IMG/VR virus record: IMGVR_UViG_3300028456_000002
Coordinates: 1 to 40,772 of that record
DNA from: a virus
Taxonomy: Duplodnaviria; Heunggongvirae; Uroviricota; Caudoviricetes
DNA length: 40,772 bases
Direction: 5' to 3' (one strand)
Shown: piece by piece, positions 31,323 through 39,476 of the stretch
How positions within the stretch are numbered: the first letter of the stretch is position 1
How the letters are laid out: the number at the start of each line of letters is the position of its first letter
Program-made: the position numbers and the translations under genes
Notes under the pieces: generated by a model
Seen by the model: the letters and a program-made list of their open reading frames with translations, nothing else
The model's database searches: none
What the model was told of the DNA's origin: nothing

Positions 31323-32031
31323 TATCGCGATATTTATTCAGCTCCCGCAGCGCGGCACAGACTCGCTCCCATTTCCGGATATCACTTTTCGCCCGACGCA
31401 GTTCGCGGTTTGCCTGTCGCAGCGATGGCAGAACCAGATTATCCACTCGCTTCTCAAGCGGCTGCACAATGGCCGCCACAGTTTCTGTTTTAATATCTTC
31501 CTGTGTTGCAGCCTCCTGTACTGGTAACGCAACACCTGCGGGCTGAGGAAAGGCCTTACCAGCCGTTTTCGTTACCGGTGCAGCATTCGGCTCAGCTGGT
31601 AAATTATCGCCCGGCATGCAGTAACGAAATTTACCGTTCTTATTAACGCGTGCCAGCCGCCCCGTTGCGGTTACTACCGCCAGCGTGGAGGCAACCTTAC
31701 GAGTGCTAACACCGAACTTACCCGCCAGTTCCTCACACGTTTTAGCCCCCTCCTGACCGATACACTCAATCATCATGTCAGCGGTAACTTTTTGTTCGGC
31801 CTCCCCGGCCGGCACATCCGGTGCTTCAGATTGTGCTGGCTGCTCTTCGGTTACCCCGGATTTACCTTCGCCAGCCAGAAACCAGGTGTGACCAGTTTTA
31901 TCAACGACGCCATTTCTTTTGAGTTCCCACAGCTCGTTCAGCACTTCTTCACGACTGATATCAAGTCGCGCAGCCAGCTCTACCGACGTGGCTTTTCCCA
32001 TCGCTTTCAGTGCGTCAAAAACAGTCTCCAT
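31279..32031 (-). CDS. Hypothetical protein with N-terminal winged-helix-like segment and Ala/Pro-rich linker
   Basis: 250 aa [47 protein letters not shown]...; common lambdoid early-region protein. Confidence 0.55.
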   Translation of the reverse strand: METVFDALKAMGKATSVELAARLDISREEVLNELWELKRNGVVDKTGHTWFLAGEGKSGVTEEQPAQSEAPDVPAGEAEQKVTADMMIECIGQEGAKTCEELAGKFGVSTRKVASTLAVVTATGRLARVNKNGKFRYCMPGDNLPAEPNAAPVTKTAGKAFPQPAGVALPVQEAATQEDIKTETVAAIVQPLEKRVDNLVLPSLRQANRELRRAKSDIRKWERVCAALRELNKYRDIVAQLCQEATSEQD

Positions 32032-32064
32032 AAATTTCCTCTCGGTAAAAAATCACTTCTCAAC

Positions 32065-32730
32065 TCAAACAAAACCAGCCGCTTTCCGGCGTTCATATTC
32101 CTGTTTCAGCAACTCAATTGGCGTTGGCCCCGACGGGCGTTTGGGGGCCGCCAGTTGTCGCCGGACTGGCGGAACGCTCAGGCCGTTACTAACATGCTTT
32201 GCCCATTTCGTCAGTTGCCGTTCTGCAAGCCGTTTTAATTCCCCTTCGGTCATCTGGCGCTCAATCCCCTTTGAACGCATCTCGAGGCAAATGTGATACA
32301 GCACAGGCTGAGACCACGGGTACCTATCACTTCCGTCGTATCGCCAGGACTCATTGCGCCAGCGGCGGTACTCCTCCATCACAGCATCCACCGTCAGACC
32401 GAATGGATTGGCTCCGCTTTCCGAAATCAGTGCCACAAACTCAGCCAGGTCCGGAGGCCATGTTTCACCCGCCCGGCAGCGGTCCATGCACTGGCGGCAG
32501 ACCTGCCGGATTTGCTGCTCAGTCATCGCGCCAATCTGTGCAATCCAGAGCTTCGAAGGTGCGGCCCCGTTCTTCTGGGTCCAGCGGTTCGAATAAACCT
32601 CCCCCATGAGTTCCCACAGCTTCCAGGCCGTTTCCGTCGCTGATAAATCCGTTTTCACGTTCCCACTGCTCACGTGCTGCCCGAATTTCCTGAACTGCCC
32701 GTGATGCGGTGCCACCTGGTGCTGCTGCAT
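32065..32730 (-). CDS. Replication protein P-like (helicase loader)
   Basis: 221 aa; ...GAMTEQQIRQVCRQCMDRCR... and ...YPWSQPVLYHICLEMR...ELKRLAERQL... align with lambda P from memory. The 5' end overlaps the O-like gene by about 210 nt, so the start is uncertain. Confidence 0.7.
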   Translation of the reverse strand: MQQHQVAPHHGQFRKFGQHVSSGNVKTDLSATETAWKLWELMGEVYSNRWTQKNGAAPSKLWIAQIGAMTEQQIRQVCRQCMDRCRAGETWPPDLAEFVALISESGANPFGLTVDAVMEEYRRWRNESWRYDGSDRYPWSQPVLYHICLEMRSKGIERQMTEGELKRLAERQLTKWAKHVSNGLSVPPVRRQLAAPKRPSGPTPIELLKQEYERRKAAGFV

Positions 32731-33559
32731 GGTTTACCCCTTTGCTGACTGGTTTAACCTGCGCCCTGACGTGATTTACGTGACGGGCGAATTTCTGCTC
32801 CCACTGAATCTGCGTAAACACTTTCCCCTCCGCTGCCCAGTAGTCCCGGAAGGCGGCAAGTTCAGCAGGTGTAAATTCTGTCTCCGGCAAAGCCATCCCC
32901 CACAACGCAGCCCGTCGTCGAAAATCCCGTGACGGATACCAGCTATCGCTCATCGGGAATTTTCCGATGGGTTCGCTCAGGCCATCCAGGAATACAGGGG
33001 GGGCTGCCTGTAACGACAAAACCTCCTGCTCACTGGTCGGAGCACTCTCGCGTGCGTTATGTGTGGGGTTTAGATCTTTGGGTTCCTTTGGGTTCCGTGA
33101 TCCGTTTTTGGGTGTCTTTGATGGAAAATTTGGGTGTCTTTGGTTATTTTCCATGCAGCTAAGAGTTCCGTTTTTGGGTCTGTTTTGTGCTGAAACATAA
33201 CCATTTTCGGTACTGTTTTTATTAACAGCACCAATTTTACCCACCTTTAAAGACTCCCGTTTTTGGGTGTATTCAGGCTCGGCAACACTTTCTTCTACAC
33301 CGATAAGTCGGTACACCACAATTTGCTTTGTTTTGCCTTTTCTCTCACCGGTATCAACAATTAACCCAATCTCCATCAGGTGTCGTAAGCTGTCCTGCAC
33401 AGTCTTTTTGTTCAGTTCCGTTACTTCTGCCAGTGCAGATACAGACGGGTATGCACACAAATCGGCACCGCACATATCAGCAAGCCAGGTCAATACAGAC
33501 TTACTGGATGAACTGCCGGTTTTCACCTTTTTAGCCCATCGTAGTGCATCGATACTCAT
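32519..33559 (-). CDS. Replication initiator (O-position) with N-terminal HTH and C-terminal DnaT-like region
   Basis: ORF 32519..33634; likely start MSIDALRWAKK...; central low-complexity PKNG-rich linker encoded by the iteron repeats. Confidence 0.7.
   Translation of the reverse strand: MSIDALRWAKKVKTGSSSSKSVLTWLADMCGADLCAYPSVSALAEVTELNKKTVQDSLRHLMEIGLIVDTGERKGKTKQIVVYRLIGVEESVAEPEYTQKRESLKVGKIGAVNKNSTENGYVSAQNRPKNGTLSCMENNQRHPNFPSKTPKNGSRNPKEPKDLNPTHNARESAPTSEQEVLSLQAAPPVFLDGLSEPIGKFPMSDSWYPSRDFRRRAALWGMALPETEFTPAELAAFRDYWAAEGKVFTQIQWEQKFARHVNHVRAQVKPVSKGVNHAAAPGGTASRAVQEIRAAREQWERENGFISDGNGLEAVGTHGGGLFEPLDPEERGRTFEALDCTDWRDD
33072..33272. promoter_or_regulatory. Candidate origin of replication: iteron-like repeats inside the O-like gene
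   Basis: At least five copies of (C)CGTTTTTGGGTGTCTTT-like units (33099, 33125, 33166, 33255, plus TTTGGGTTCC doublet at 33072) followed by an AT-rich stretch; lambda ori has the same in-gene layout. Confidence 0.55.
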
Positions 33560-34082
33560 ACGAACCCCTGGCAGACATTTGTTTATCTGCAAAGTAATAT
33601 TGATATTGCTGACGATACGCATGCTTGAAAGCAATAGCTTTTTCTATAAGCTCGTCAGTCTCACGTTCCACAACAGATGGATCCGCAAAAAGCAGCCCAG
33701 ACTCCACCACATCGCCATATTCTTTGTTTAATCCGGCGATCATGTACGTAATGCTTTTTCCATCACTGATCTCACGATACAACCTGAAATCACTAATTCG
33801 GATAGCCTCCATAATTGCCGGAATCAGCGCCGTGAATTTTTTCCGCTTATCCCTGGTGTCGATAGCTTTCCAGCGTTCGAATATCTTCACCCGGTTAACG
33901 CCCAGCGCCCGTTGATCAACCTCGCCATCATTAAACGTGACGCGTTGAACATCGATGTTCGGGCGTTCTTTCAGAGCCCAGAATGCTTCCGTGATTAATA
34001 TCGTCGCCTGCTCCTGTGTCATTCCTGGTCGGCACACCCAGGCATCCAGAGCCTCACAAACCTGTTCAGGGGTGATTTTCAT
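33531..34082 (-). CDS. YdaT-like protein (cII-position gene)
   Basis: 183 aa immediately downstream of the Cro-like gene; resemblance to Rac YdaT is from memory only. Confidence 0.5.
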   Translation of the reverse strand: MKITPEQVCEALDAWVCRPGMTQEQATILITEAFWALKERPNIDVQRVTFNDGEVDQRALGVNRVKIFERWKAIDTRDKRKKFTALIPAIMEAIRISDFRLYREISDGKSITYMIAGLNKEYGDVVESGLLFADPSVVERETDELIEKAIAFKHAYRQQYQYYFADKQMSARGSYEYRCTTMG

Positions 34083-34293
34083 TGTTCAACCGCCCCGCCC
34101 GCTTTGCCTTACGATATTCGTCATAAACTTTGGGGTCGTACTGAAGTTCCCCGCCGGATGCCTCTTGCAGGCGCATCGCGCGACCTTCAGGAACCAATTC
34201 CCCCCATTGAGAAACAGCAGATGGATCAACACCAGCAGCTTTCGCTACTTTGGCTTTCGTCCCATAAAAATTAATTACGTCTGATTTAAACAT
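34066..34293 (-). CDS. dicC: DicC-like Cro-type regulator
   Basis: ORF 34066..34320; ...LVPEGRAMRLQEASGGELQYDPKVYDEYRK.KRAGRLNNENH matches DicC from memory; divergent from dicA. Confidence 0.8.
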   Translation of the reverse strand: MFKSDVINFYGTKAKVAKAAGVDPSAVSQWGELVPEGRAMRLQEASGGELQYDPKVYDEYRKAKRAGRLNNENHP

Positions 34294-34370
34294 CACCCCT
34301 CCAAAGTTGAGTTTTCTCAATAGTAATCACTCAAGGAATCTCAAGTCAAGGGTTATTAAGATATCTAAAT

Positions 34371-34778
34371 ATGAACGAGAAAACTTTAGGTCAACGAATT
34401 AGAGAAAGACGCAAACAGGTTGGTTTAAGTCAAAACGATTTAAGCAAAGCTGCTGGCGTATCTGGCTCATCAATTTCACTATGGGAAAGCGACCATACAG
34501 CCCCGCGCGGGCAAAATTTGCATCGCCTGGCTGAGGTATTGCAATGTTCACCAACTTGGATACTGTTTGGTGACGAGGATAAAACACCAGATCCACCAGT
34601 TGCACTCAACAGCGCCTTAGACTTATCGGAAGATGAGTTGGAGATGTTGCGATTGTATCGCGCACTTCCAAAATCAGAGCAGCAAGCACAAATCAGCGAA
34701 CTCCGTGCCCGCGTTGAGAATTTTAATCGCCTATTCACCGAGCTACTAGAAGCTCGCAAACGTAACAAACATCAATAA
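34371..34778 (+). CDS. dicA: DicA-like repressor (HTH, XRE family)
   Basis: 135 aa; ...NLHRLAEVLQCSPTWILFGDEDK... and ...ELRARVENFNRLFTELLEARKRNK closely match DicA from memory. Confidence 0.9.
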   Translation: MNEKTLGQRIRERRKQVGLSQNDLSKAAGVSGSSISLWESDHTAPRGQNLHRLAEVLQCSPTWILFGDEDKTPDPPVALNSALDLSEDELEMLRLYRALPKSEQQAQISELRARVENFNRLFTELLEARKRNKHQ

Positions 34779-34840
34779 CCCCCCTTCACAAATTTTAAAG
34801 CCTTACATTTCAATGTATTGGCTTTATTTTGCATTAAATA

Positions 34841-34897
34841 TTGAGTTTTCTCATTAAAAACACTTGACCAATTTTAATGAGAAAACTAAATTATCAT
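34841..34897 (+). promoter_or_regulatory. Promoter of the dicB operon with a perfect 16-bp inverted-repeat operator
   Basis: GAGTTTTCTCATTAAAA, 13-bp spacer containing TTGACC, TTTTAATGAGAAAACT; candidate -10 TAAATT 17 nt after TTGACC. Confidence 0.55.
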
Positions 34898-34969
34898 ACA
34901 TCAAGACACCGCACGGTGTTCTCAGCAAACAGTTCCGCTACCCCGGCGTTAAGGGGAAATGAGGTCAGC

Positions 34970-35125
34970 ATGGATACTATCGCTCTTGGCAACAGCGAAT
35001 CTCTGGTATGTGGCGTGTTCCCCAACCAGGACGGCACGTTCACCGCGATGACGTATACCAAAAGCAAAACGTTTAAAACCGAAAATGGTGCCCGTCGCTG
35101 GCTGGAAAGAAACTCAGGTGAGTGA
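34970..35125 (+). CDS. ydfA: YdfA-like small protein
   Basis: MDTIALGNSESLVCGVFPNQDGTFTAMTYTKSKTFKTENGARRWLERNSGE, 51 aa, inside ORF 34877..35125. Confidence 0.7.
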   Translation: MDTIALGNSESLVCGVFPNQDGTFTAMTYTKSKTFKTENGARRWLERNSGE

Positions 35126-35126
35126 T

Positions 35127-35702
35127 ATGGATTTCGACACAATCATGGAAAAGGCTTACGAAGAATACTTCGAAGGCCTTGCCGAAGGCGAAGAAGCTCT
35201 CAGCTTCAGTGAGTTTAAACAGGCACTCAGAATAAGAATGTGCTCTCACAATGACGCAGAGCACAAATATGAGAAGCAAAATCAGACCGCAGAAAATTTT
35301 GTTCTGGAACCCGGAGAAACGCTTTTCAAAATTCCCGTTACGTGCCCCATTTGCGGTTTTACATCAGAAGAACTTGACGACTCCTGTAACAATCAGGAAA
35401 CAACCAAGTATGTCGAAGATGATACCGAGTGCGCACGAAGAACGATTATATCCACGAGTCCAAACTCCAGGACCAATAAATCTCACTTTGAGAGGGTGAT
35501 TAATCCACTCCCCCAAACCAATAAAAAAGATGCCGGAGGACAAAAAACCCAATGGAACAACGGGATATCTGTCAAAAAAAGACGTTCCATTAAAGACAAA
35601 CAACGCAGCGCCAACAACTGTAAGCGCTTTATACCAGTAATCAATTTTCATGTTCTTAAGCGGATTTATTGGTGGTTGCGACATTGCTTAATGAATCCTT
35701 AA
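35127..35702 (+). CDS. Hypothetical protein with zinc-ribbon motif (YdfB/YdfC-position ORF)
   Basis: Start taken at MDFDTIMEKAYEEYFEGLAEGEE...; contains CPICGF; track ORF 35085..35702. Confidence 0.5.
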   Translation: MDFDTIMEKAYEEYFEGLAEGEEALSFSEFKQALRIRMCSHNDAEHKYEKQNQTAENFVLEPGETLFKIPVTCPICGFTSEELDDSCNNQETTKYVEDDTECARRTIISTSPNSRTNKSHFERVINPLPQTNKKDAGGQKTQWNNGISVKKRRSIKDKQRSANNCKRFIPVINFHVLKRIYWWLRHCLMNP

Positions 35703-35941
35703 AACTGTGGTGATTTTAAGGATACCACCTCGCCTGACGTGGTTAAAAGCAGGCACACAACACGAAAGCGCACGGCGAAGTTCGTCTCACTGTACTGTGT
35801 CGTTAAATTTAATTCGACCGTGCGCTTCCGGTTGTGGCAACCCGCGAAATGGCGCGGCGGTAAGTATGGCGGGGTTATTCCTTCCCCGTTGAGGACACCG
35901 AGTTGTCAGGTTGACCATACGCTTAAGTGACAACCCCGCTG

Positions 35942-36002
35942 CAACAACCCATGTTGATTACCTTTTGGCGGGTATCCGTTTTTTGTTTTCCCTTGTGATC
36001 CC
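35942..36002 (+). ncRNA. dicF: DicF-like small RNA (divergent) ending in an intrinsic terminator
   Basis: TTTGGCGGGTATCC...GATCCCCGCCCTTTTT resembles K-12 DicF (UUUGGCGGUAUCAG...CUGCCGCCCUUUUU, from memory) in position and 3' hairpin; lies just upstream of dicB. Boundaries approximate. Confidence 0.45.
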
Positions 36003-36195
36003 CGCCCTTTTTAAAGTGAATTTTGTGATGCGGTGAATGCGGCTCAGCGCACGCGGAACAGTTAAAAAGGCCAGTTGACTTCCGTATTGGTTCTTATGGG
36101 TGGGTTCTCTGTATCCGGCGTTAATTGTTAACTGGTTAACGTCACCTGGAGGCACCAGGCACCGTATCACAAAATTCATTGTTGAGGACGCGATA

Positions 36196-36384
36196 ATGGA
36201 AACGTTATTACCAAACGTTAATACGTCTGAAGGTTGTTTTGAAATTGGTGTCAAAATCAGTAACCCTGCATTTACTGAAGATGCCATTAATAAGAGAAAA
36301 CACGAACGGGAGCTATTAAATCAAATATGCATTGTTTCAATGCTGGCCCGTTTACGTCTGATGCAAAAAGGATGCTGGCAATGA
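36196..36384 (+). CDS. dicB: Cell division inhibitor DicB
   Basis: METLLPNVNTSEGCFEIGVKISNPAFTEDAINKRKHERELLNQICIVSMLARLRLMQKGCWQ, 62 aa, near-identical to K-12 DicB from memory. Confidence 0.9.
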   Translation: METLLPNVNTSEGCFEIGVKISNPAFTEDAINKRKHERELLNQICIVSMLARLRLMQKGCWQ

Positions 36385-36584
36385 ATACAGCATTTGCACT
36401 CGTTCTGACAGTTTTTCTTAATACTGGCGAGCCTGTTGATCTGGTTATTGACATTTACGGTTCAATGAAAGAATGCACGGCTGCCGCAGCGGAACAGAAA
36501 ATTCCCGGCAACTGTTATCCGGTTGATAAAGTTATTCACATGGACAATAACGAAATCCCGGCGGGACTTAAAACAGCACCGTAA
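36381..36584 (+). CDS. ydfD: YdfD-like small protein (reported host-lysis function)
   Basis: MNTAFALVLTVFLNTGEPVDLVIDIYGSMKECTAAAAEQKIPGNCYPVDKVIHMDNNEIPAGLKTAP; start overlaps dicB stop (ATGA). Confidence 0.75.
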   Translation: MNTAFALVLTVFLNTGEPVDLVIDIYGSMKECTAAAAEQKIPGNCYPVDKVIHMDNNEIPAGLKTAP

Positions 36585-36664
36585 TTAATATCCGGTTTCA
36601 TTTTTATATGCCAGCAATGGCAGGGATTTGTTCACCCTTAAATCTGTAATGAGGTTTAAACAAA

Positions 36665-39136
36665 ATGAGTAAAGTCTTTATTTGCGCCGCCATTCCGGAC
36701 GAACAGGCAATTAAGGAAGAAGGTGCAGTTGCTGTAGCCACTGCCATCGAAGCCGGTGACGAACGCCGCGCCCGTGCCAAATTTATCTGGCAATTCCTGG
36801 AGCAATATCCGGCTGCTCAGGACTGCGCTTATAAATTTCTTGTCTGCGAGGATAAACCCGGCATGCCCCGCCCTGCCATCGACACCTGGGATACCGAATA
36901 TATGCAGGAAAACCGCTGGGATGAGGAATCCGCTTCCTTTGTTCCGGTCGAACCAGAATCCGCTCCGATGAACGTCAATTTTGACAAGCTGTCCCTTGAA
37001 GTACAGAACGCGGTCCTGGTTAAGTTCGGTACATGTGAAAACATCACCGTTGATATGGCGATTGACGCGCAGGAATTACTGCAGGAAGACGTTGCTACCT
37101 TTGACGGGCATATCGTTGAAGCACTGATAAAAACGCCTGAAATTAACGCTATGTATCCGGAACGCAAACTGTTCGCTATCGGTTGGGTTAAACACAAATG
37201 TAATCCGGGTGCCAAATGGCCCGAAATTCAGGCTGAATTACGTAACTGGAAAAAACGGCAGGACGCAGAGCGCAAAGAGACTGGAAAATATACTTCTGTT
37301 GTTGATCTCGCCCGCGCCAGAGTCAACCGACAGCACACTGAAAACTCAGCAGCAAAAATCAACCCTGTCACTGCTGCCATTCGTCGCGAATACAAGCAGA
37401 CATGGAAAACACTGGATGAAGAACTGGCCTACGCTCTCTGGCCTGGTGATATTGATGCCGGAAACATTGACGGCAGCATCCATCGCTGGGCAAAAAATGA
37501 AGTTATCGACAAAGATCGCGAAGACTGGAAGCGTATTTCCGCATCAATGCGCAAACAACCTGATGCCGTTCGCTACGACCGTCAGACTATTTTTGGCCTT
37601 GTCCGTGAACGTCCCATCGACATTCATAAAGATCCTGTGGCGCTGAACAAATACATCACCGAATACCTGACTACAAAGGGCGTGTTTGAAGATGAAGGAA
37701 CAAATCAGAGCACAACTAATACTCTCCCGTCGCCAGTACCAGAAGCTGATGCAGTGGAAACGGCAATTCCGGACAACGAAAAAACCGAATGCAAAGTGGA
37801 AGACGAACCATCTGTAGAGCGTGAGGGGCCGTTCTACTTCCTTTTCACCGATAAGGATGGCGAAAAATATGGTCGTGCAAACAAACTTTCTGGTCTGAAT
37901 AAGGCGCTGGCTGCAGGGGCTACTGAAATCACGAAAGAAGAATATTTTGCCCGCAAAAACGGCACATACTCAGGTTCACAACAAAATACTGGTGCATCTG
38001 ACACGATCGCACAACCAGAGCCGGTAAAAGTTACCGCTGACGAAGTAAACAGAATTATGCAGGCAGCCAATATCAGCCAGCCTGACGCCGATGAACTTCT
38101 TGCAGTATCACGTGGTGAATTTGTTGCAGGGATTAGCGATCCGAATGATCCGAAATGGGTGAAGGGGATTGAAACCCGCGATTCTGTGAACCAGAACCAG
38201 CAAGAAACGGAACAGAACGACCAGAAAGCGGAACAAAACAGCCCAAATACGCAACAAAACGAGCCAGAAACGAAACAACCTGAACCAGTAGTGCAACAGG
38301 AACCGGAAAAGACCTGCACCGCCTGCGGTCAGAGCGGTGGCGGCAACTGCCCTGATTGTGGTGCGGTGATGGGTGACGCAACATACCAGGAAATATTCGA
38401 TGGAGAGAATCAGCCTGAAGTTCAGGAAAATGATCCGGAGGAAATGGAAGGCACTGCGCATCAGCACAAGGAGAACACTGGCGGCAATCAGCATCATGCC
38501 AGCGATAGTGAAACTGGCGAGGCGTCAGATCCCTTAATTAAGGCGAACGGTCATTATAATCTCACATCCACCAGCAGAGCGGGAATTCATCTGATGATCG
38601 ACCTTGAAACCATGGGAAAAAATCCCGATGCCCCGATTATCTCAATAGGCGCAATATTTTTCGATCCACAAACCGGAGATATGGGACCGGAATTTAGCAA
38701 GACCATCGATCTGGATACTGCTGGCGGAGTCATTGATCGTGACGTCATTAAATGGTGGCTGAAGCAATCACGTGAAGCGCAGTCTGCCATTATGACCGAT
38801 GAAATCCCGTTAGATGATGCACTACTGCAATTGCGGGAATTTATCGCCGAAAACTCCGGTGAGTTTTTTGTTCAGGTCTGGGGAAATGGAGCCAACTTCG
38901 ACAACACGATTTTGCGCCGTTCATACGAACGGCAGGGGATCCCCTGCCCGTGGCGTTACTACAACGATCGCGATGTACGCACAATCGTTGAGCTGGGGAA
39001 AGCCATAGACTTCGATGCCAGAACTGCTATCCCATTCGAAGGTGAGCGCCATAATGCACTTGATGACGCTCGTTACCAGGCAAAATACGTTTCAGCTATC
39101 TGGCAAAAACTGATCCCGAGTCAGGCTGATTTTTAA
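36665..39136 (+). CDS. Large exonuclease: YdfE/RecE-like N-terminal and linker regions fused to a C-terminal DnaQ-like 3'-5' exonuclease domain
   Basis: 823 aa. C-terminus has DEDDh motifs (HLMIDLETMG; WGNGANFDNTIL; HNALDDARY). Central Gln/Glu/Asn-rich linker and zinc-ribbon CTACGQSGGGNCPDCG. Confidence 0.75.
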   Translation: MSKVFICAAIPDEQAIKEEGAVAVATAIEAGDERRARAKFIWQFLEQYPAAQDCAYKFLVCEDKPGMPRPAIDTWDTEYMQENRWDEESASFVPVEPESAPMNVNFDKLSLEVQNAVLVKFGTCENITVDMAIDAQELLQEDVATFDGHIVEALIKTPEINAMYPERKLFAIGWVKHKCNPGAKWPEIQAELRNWKKRQDAERKETGKYTSVVDLARARVNRQHTENSAAKINPVTAAIRREYKQTWKTLDEELAYALWPGDIDAGNIDGSIHRWAKNEVIDKDREDWKRISASMRKQPDAVRYDRQTIFGLVRERPIDIHKDPVALNKYITEYLTTKGVFEDEGTNQSTTNTLPSPVPEADAVETAIPDNEKTECKVEDEPSVEREGPFYFLFTDKDGEKYGRANKLSGLNKALAAGATEITKEEYFARKNGTYSGSQQNTGASDTIAQPEPVKVTADEVNRIMQAANISQPDADELLAVSRGEFVAGISDPNDPKWVKGIETRDSVNQNQQETEQNDQKAEQNSPNTQQNEPETKQPEPVVQQEPEKTCTACGQSGGGNCPDCGAVMGDATYQEIFDGENQPEVQENDPEEMEGTAHQHKENTGGNQHHASDSETGEASDPLIKANGHYNLTSTSRAGIHLMIDLETMGKNPDAPIISIGAIFFDPQTGDMGPEFSKTIDLDTAGGVIDRDVIKWWLKQSREAQSAIMTDEIPLDDALLQLREFIAENSGEFFVQVWGNGANFDNTILRRSYERQGIPCPWRYYNDRDVRTIVELGKAIDFDARTAIPFEGERHNALDDARYQAKYVSAIWQKLIPSQADF

Positions 39137-39205
39137 TGTTCAACCATCGCCGGTTGTGACTGGTATTCTGCAACCGGCGCTCATCTGAAGTAAGAGATAA
39201 AAGCG

Positions 39206-39457
39206 ATGAGCGAAGTAATCATGATTGTCTCTCCCGGTAAATGGGTATCCGAAGAACAGCTAATTGCACTGAAAGGAATAAAAAAAGGTACGTTAAAAAA
39301 GGCTCGAGAAAAATCGTTTATGGAAGGAAGGGAATATAAGCATGTCGCCCATGACGGTATGCCATGGGATAACAGCCCATGCTTTTACAACCTGGAAGAA
39401 ATAGATCGCTGGATTGAACGCCAGGCATCAGCAAGACCAAGGCGTCATCTTACTTGA
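39206..39457 (+). CDS. xis: Putative excisionase
   Basis: 83 aa ORF immediately upstream of and co-directional with the integrase; assignment is positional. Confidence 0.5.
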   Translation: MSEVIMIVSPGKWVSEEQLIALKGIKKGTLKKAREKSFMEGREYKHVAHDGMPWDNSPCFYNLEEIDRWIERQASARPRRHLT

Positions 39458-39476
39458 CTAAAAACAATACTAAACA

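Noticed and set aside
35739-35930. Plus-strand ORF of 63 aa upstream of the DicF-like RNA
   Set aside because: Highly basic, no ribosome-binding site, and located in the structured sRNA precursor region.
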